DNA of 64,000 bases from Carcharhinus amblyrhynchos (Eukaryota), in NCBI GenBank assembly GCA_965287045.1, contig OZ336872.1, forward strand, positions 120,032,001 through 120,096,000. Reading direction: 5' to 3'. Of this stretch, positions 62,203-64,000 are shown one piece after another. A model generated the notes under the pieces. It saw only the letters and a program-made list of their open reading frames with translations, was not told the origin of the DNA and did no database searches. The position numbers and the translations under genes are program-made. Every line of letters starts with the position of its first letter. Position 1 is the first letter of the stretch.

Positions 62203-62866
62203 TATGATATGCCAAAGGCTCATCCAGGGAAACAACCTGCCACTCCACCTCCCTCACTATCCCTTCTGCTCATCACCTCCCTCACTATCCTGCCTCACCA
62301 CCTCCCTCACTATCCCTTCTGCTCATCACCTCCCTCACTATCCTGCCTGCCTCACCACCTCCCTCACTATCCCTTCTGCTCATCACCTCCCTCACTATCC
62401 CTTCTGCTCATCACCTTCCTCACTATCCTGCCTGCCTCTCCACTTCCCTTACTATCCCTCTTGCCTCACCACCTTCCTCACATTGCTCCTGCCTCACTAC
62501 CTCCCTCACATTGCTTCTGCCTCACTACCTCCCTCACCATCCCTCCTGCCTCACCACCTCCTTCACCATCCCTCCTGCCTCACCGCCTCCCTCACTATCC
62601 TGCCTGCCTCATACCTCCCTCATTAAGCTACCTGCCTCACCACCTCCCTCACCATCCCTCCTGCCTCACCGCCTCCCTCACTATCCTGCCTGCCTCATAC
62701 CTCCCTCACTAAGCTACCTGCCTCACCACTTCCCTCACCATCCTTCCTGCCTCAGCACCTCCCTCACTATCCTGCCTGCCACACCACCTCCTGCCTCACC
62801 ACCTCCCTCACCATCCCTCCTGCCTCACCGCCTCCCTCACTATCCCTCCTGCCTCACCACCTCCTC
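62203..62866. repeat. C/T-rich compound minisatellite
   Basis: Iterated CCTCACCACCTCCCTCACTATCC(T/C)GC / CTTCTGCTCATCA units of ~25-30 bp. Confidence 0.95.
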
Positions 62867-63564
62867 TCAGCACAGCTGATTCTGTAAATTCTGATGCTTC
62901 CCGCCTACTCTGGGTCCTGACCAGCCAATGTGATCAATGTAACATTATCCAAATGTGGAGTCGCACCTCAAGAACAGACACTAGCTCTCACAGAACTCAG
63001 GCTCCCTCAGAATCCATTCACTGGTTTTTCAGTGAATCAGGCAATCTTCCCAGCTCCTCGAATGATGGCCCGTTTTTTGCCGCCATTAGAGTCCTCCTTC
63101 TCTTCCTATATTCTTATTGGGCGAGGAGCCAGCCAATCAGCTGTTCTCACATGGTCTGTGTAGAGTGTGATCAGGAACAAAGGGAAATCTGACCAAGGGT
63201 TGAGCCATTCCTTTGCGACGCATCAATTCACAGAGCAGCAGAATTCTCTCCCTATGCGTGTGAGCGATGGTAAGTGCAGGGCACTTGATGGATTGATGCA
63301 TGACCATGCAAGCATGCAGCTTTAAGGAAATTTAGATCATCAGTATTCTGACCCCTTTCCCAGTAAGATAGCTGGAAAGGAGGAAGCCAGTTAGCTCGAT
63401 GGCTGGTGTGTGGATCGGTTAATCACTTTTAGCAAGGGTCTTGATCCCCATTTTGACAGGAGCAACCTCGGTTCCTGCATTCACACCCTATTCAAAGAAC
63501 AAAGGAAATTACAGCACAGGAACAGGTCCTTCGGCCCTCCAAGCCTGCACGGATCATACTGCCC

Positions 63565-63750
63565 GACTGATCTTCCCTTTGCTTGCCATTTTAAGACACA
63601 TTCTTGCTCCCATGCCCAAATGTCTGTCCTTGGCCTGCTGCAATGTTCCAGTGAAGGTCAACACAAATTGGAGGAACAGCATCTCATCTTCCAGCTAGGC
63701 ACGCTACAAGCCTTCCAGTCTCAACATCGAATTCAACAACTTCAGATGAT
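63565..63750 (+). mobile_element. Penelope-like element GIY-YIG endonuclease C-terminus
   Basis: DLPFACHFKTHSCSHAQMSVLGLLQC..KLEEQHLIFQLGTLQ, then after a frameshift LNIEFNNFR*. This matches the PVA.HF..E..LI..LGTL.P.GLN ending of Penelope GIY-YIG domains. Confidence 0.85.
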
Positions 63751-63784
63751 TAGCTCTACCCCACCTCAGCTGTCTTTGTTTTGC

Positions 63785-64000
63785 ATAGAAATATAGAACA
63801 TAAGAACATAAGAAAGTAAGAAATAGGAACAGGAGTAGGCCATCTAGCCCTTCGAGCCTGCCCCGCCATTCAATAAGATCATGGCTGATCTGAAGTGGAC
63901 CAGTTCCACTTTCTGGCTTTCTCCCCATAACCCTTAATTCCCTTGTCTATCAGAAATCTGGAAGCTAGGAGCAAGTGGAGGTAATTTGGCCCTTTGAGCC
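63785..64000 (-). mobile_element. CR1 3' tails (one or two)
   Basis: AGAACATAAGAACATAAGAA..GGAGTAGGCCATCTAGCCCTTCGAGCCTGCCCCGCCATTCAAT. Confidence 0.88.

Noticed and set aside
62182-62879. Long Pro/His/Leu/Ser-rich ORFs (122-176 aa)
   Set aside because: Open in several frames only because the C/T-rich minisatellite lacks stop codons.

Overview
Repeat-dominated vertebrate DNA, almost certainly from a cartilaginous fish (shark). This assignment is inferred from the HE1-type V-SINEs, SacSINE1-like DeuSINEs and HER1/CR1-type LINEs. I found no intact host protein-coding gene; nearly all ORFs in the track are retroelement remnants or chance frames, so the window looks intronic or intergenic. It contains: a decayed Gypsy gag-pol with a tRNA-Leu primer site whose LTR appears split by a CR1; several CR1 LINEs of different ages; five Rex1/Babar fragments; about 20 V-SINEs with two alternative 3' tails; a second tRNA-SINE family sharing its tail with an L2-like LINE; DeuSINEs; solo LTRs (one with a perfect 5-bp TSD); PIF/Harbinger-type MITEs and a Myb/SANT fossil; and Penelope-like terminal repeats plus a GIY-YIG remnant. 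The most notable signals are: (1) two families of minimal hammerhead-ribozyme motifs in the Penelope-like repeats, often in inverted pairs, with a covarying stem III (GAAAC/GUC vs GAAAG/CUC); (2) a ~317-bp, ~98% identical inverted Rex1 pair sharing private mutations; and (3) SINE-LINE tail partnerships, including an orphan V-SINE tail. Family names come from motif recognition, not database searches, and most boundaries are approximate (about +/-10-20 bp).
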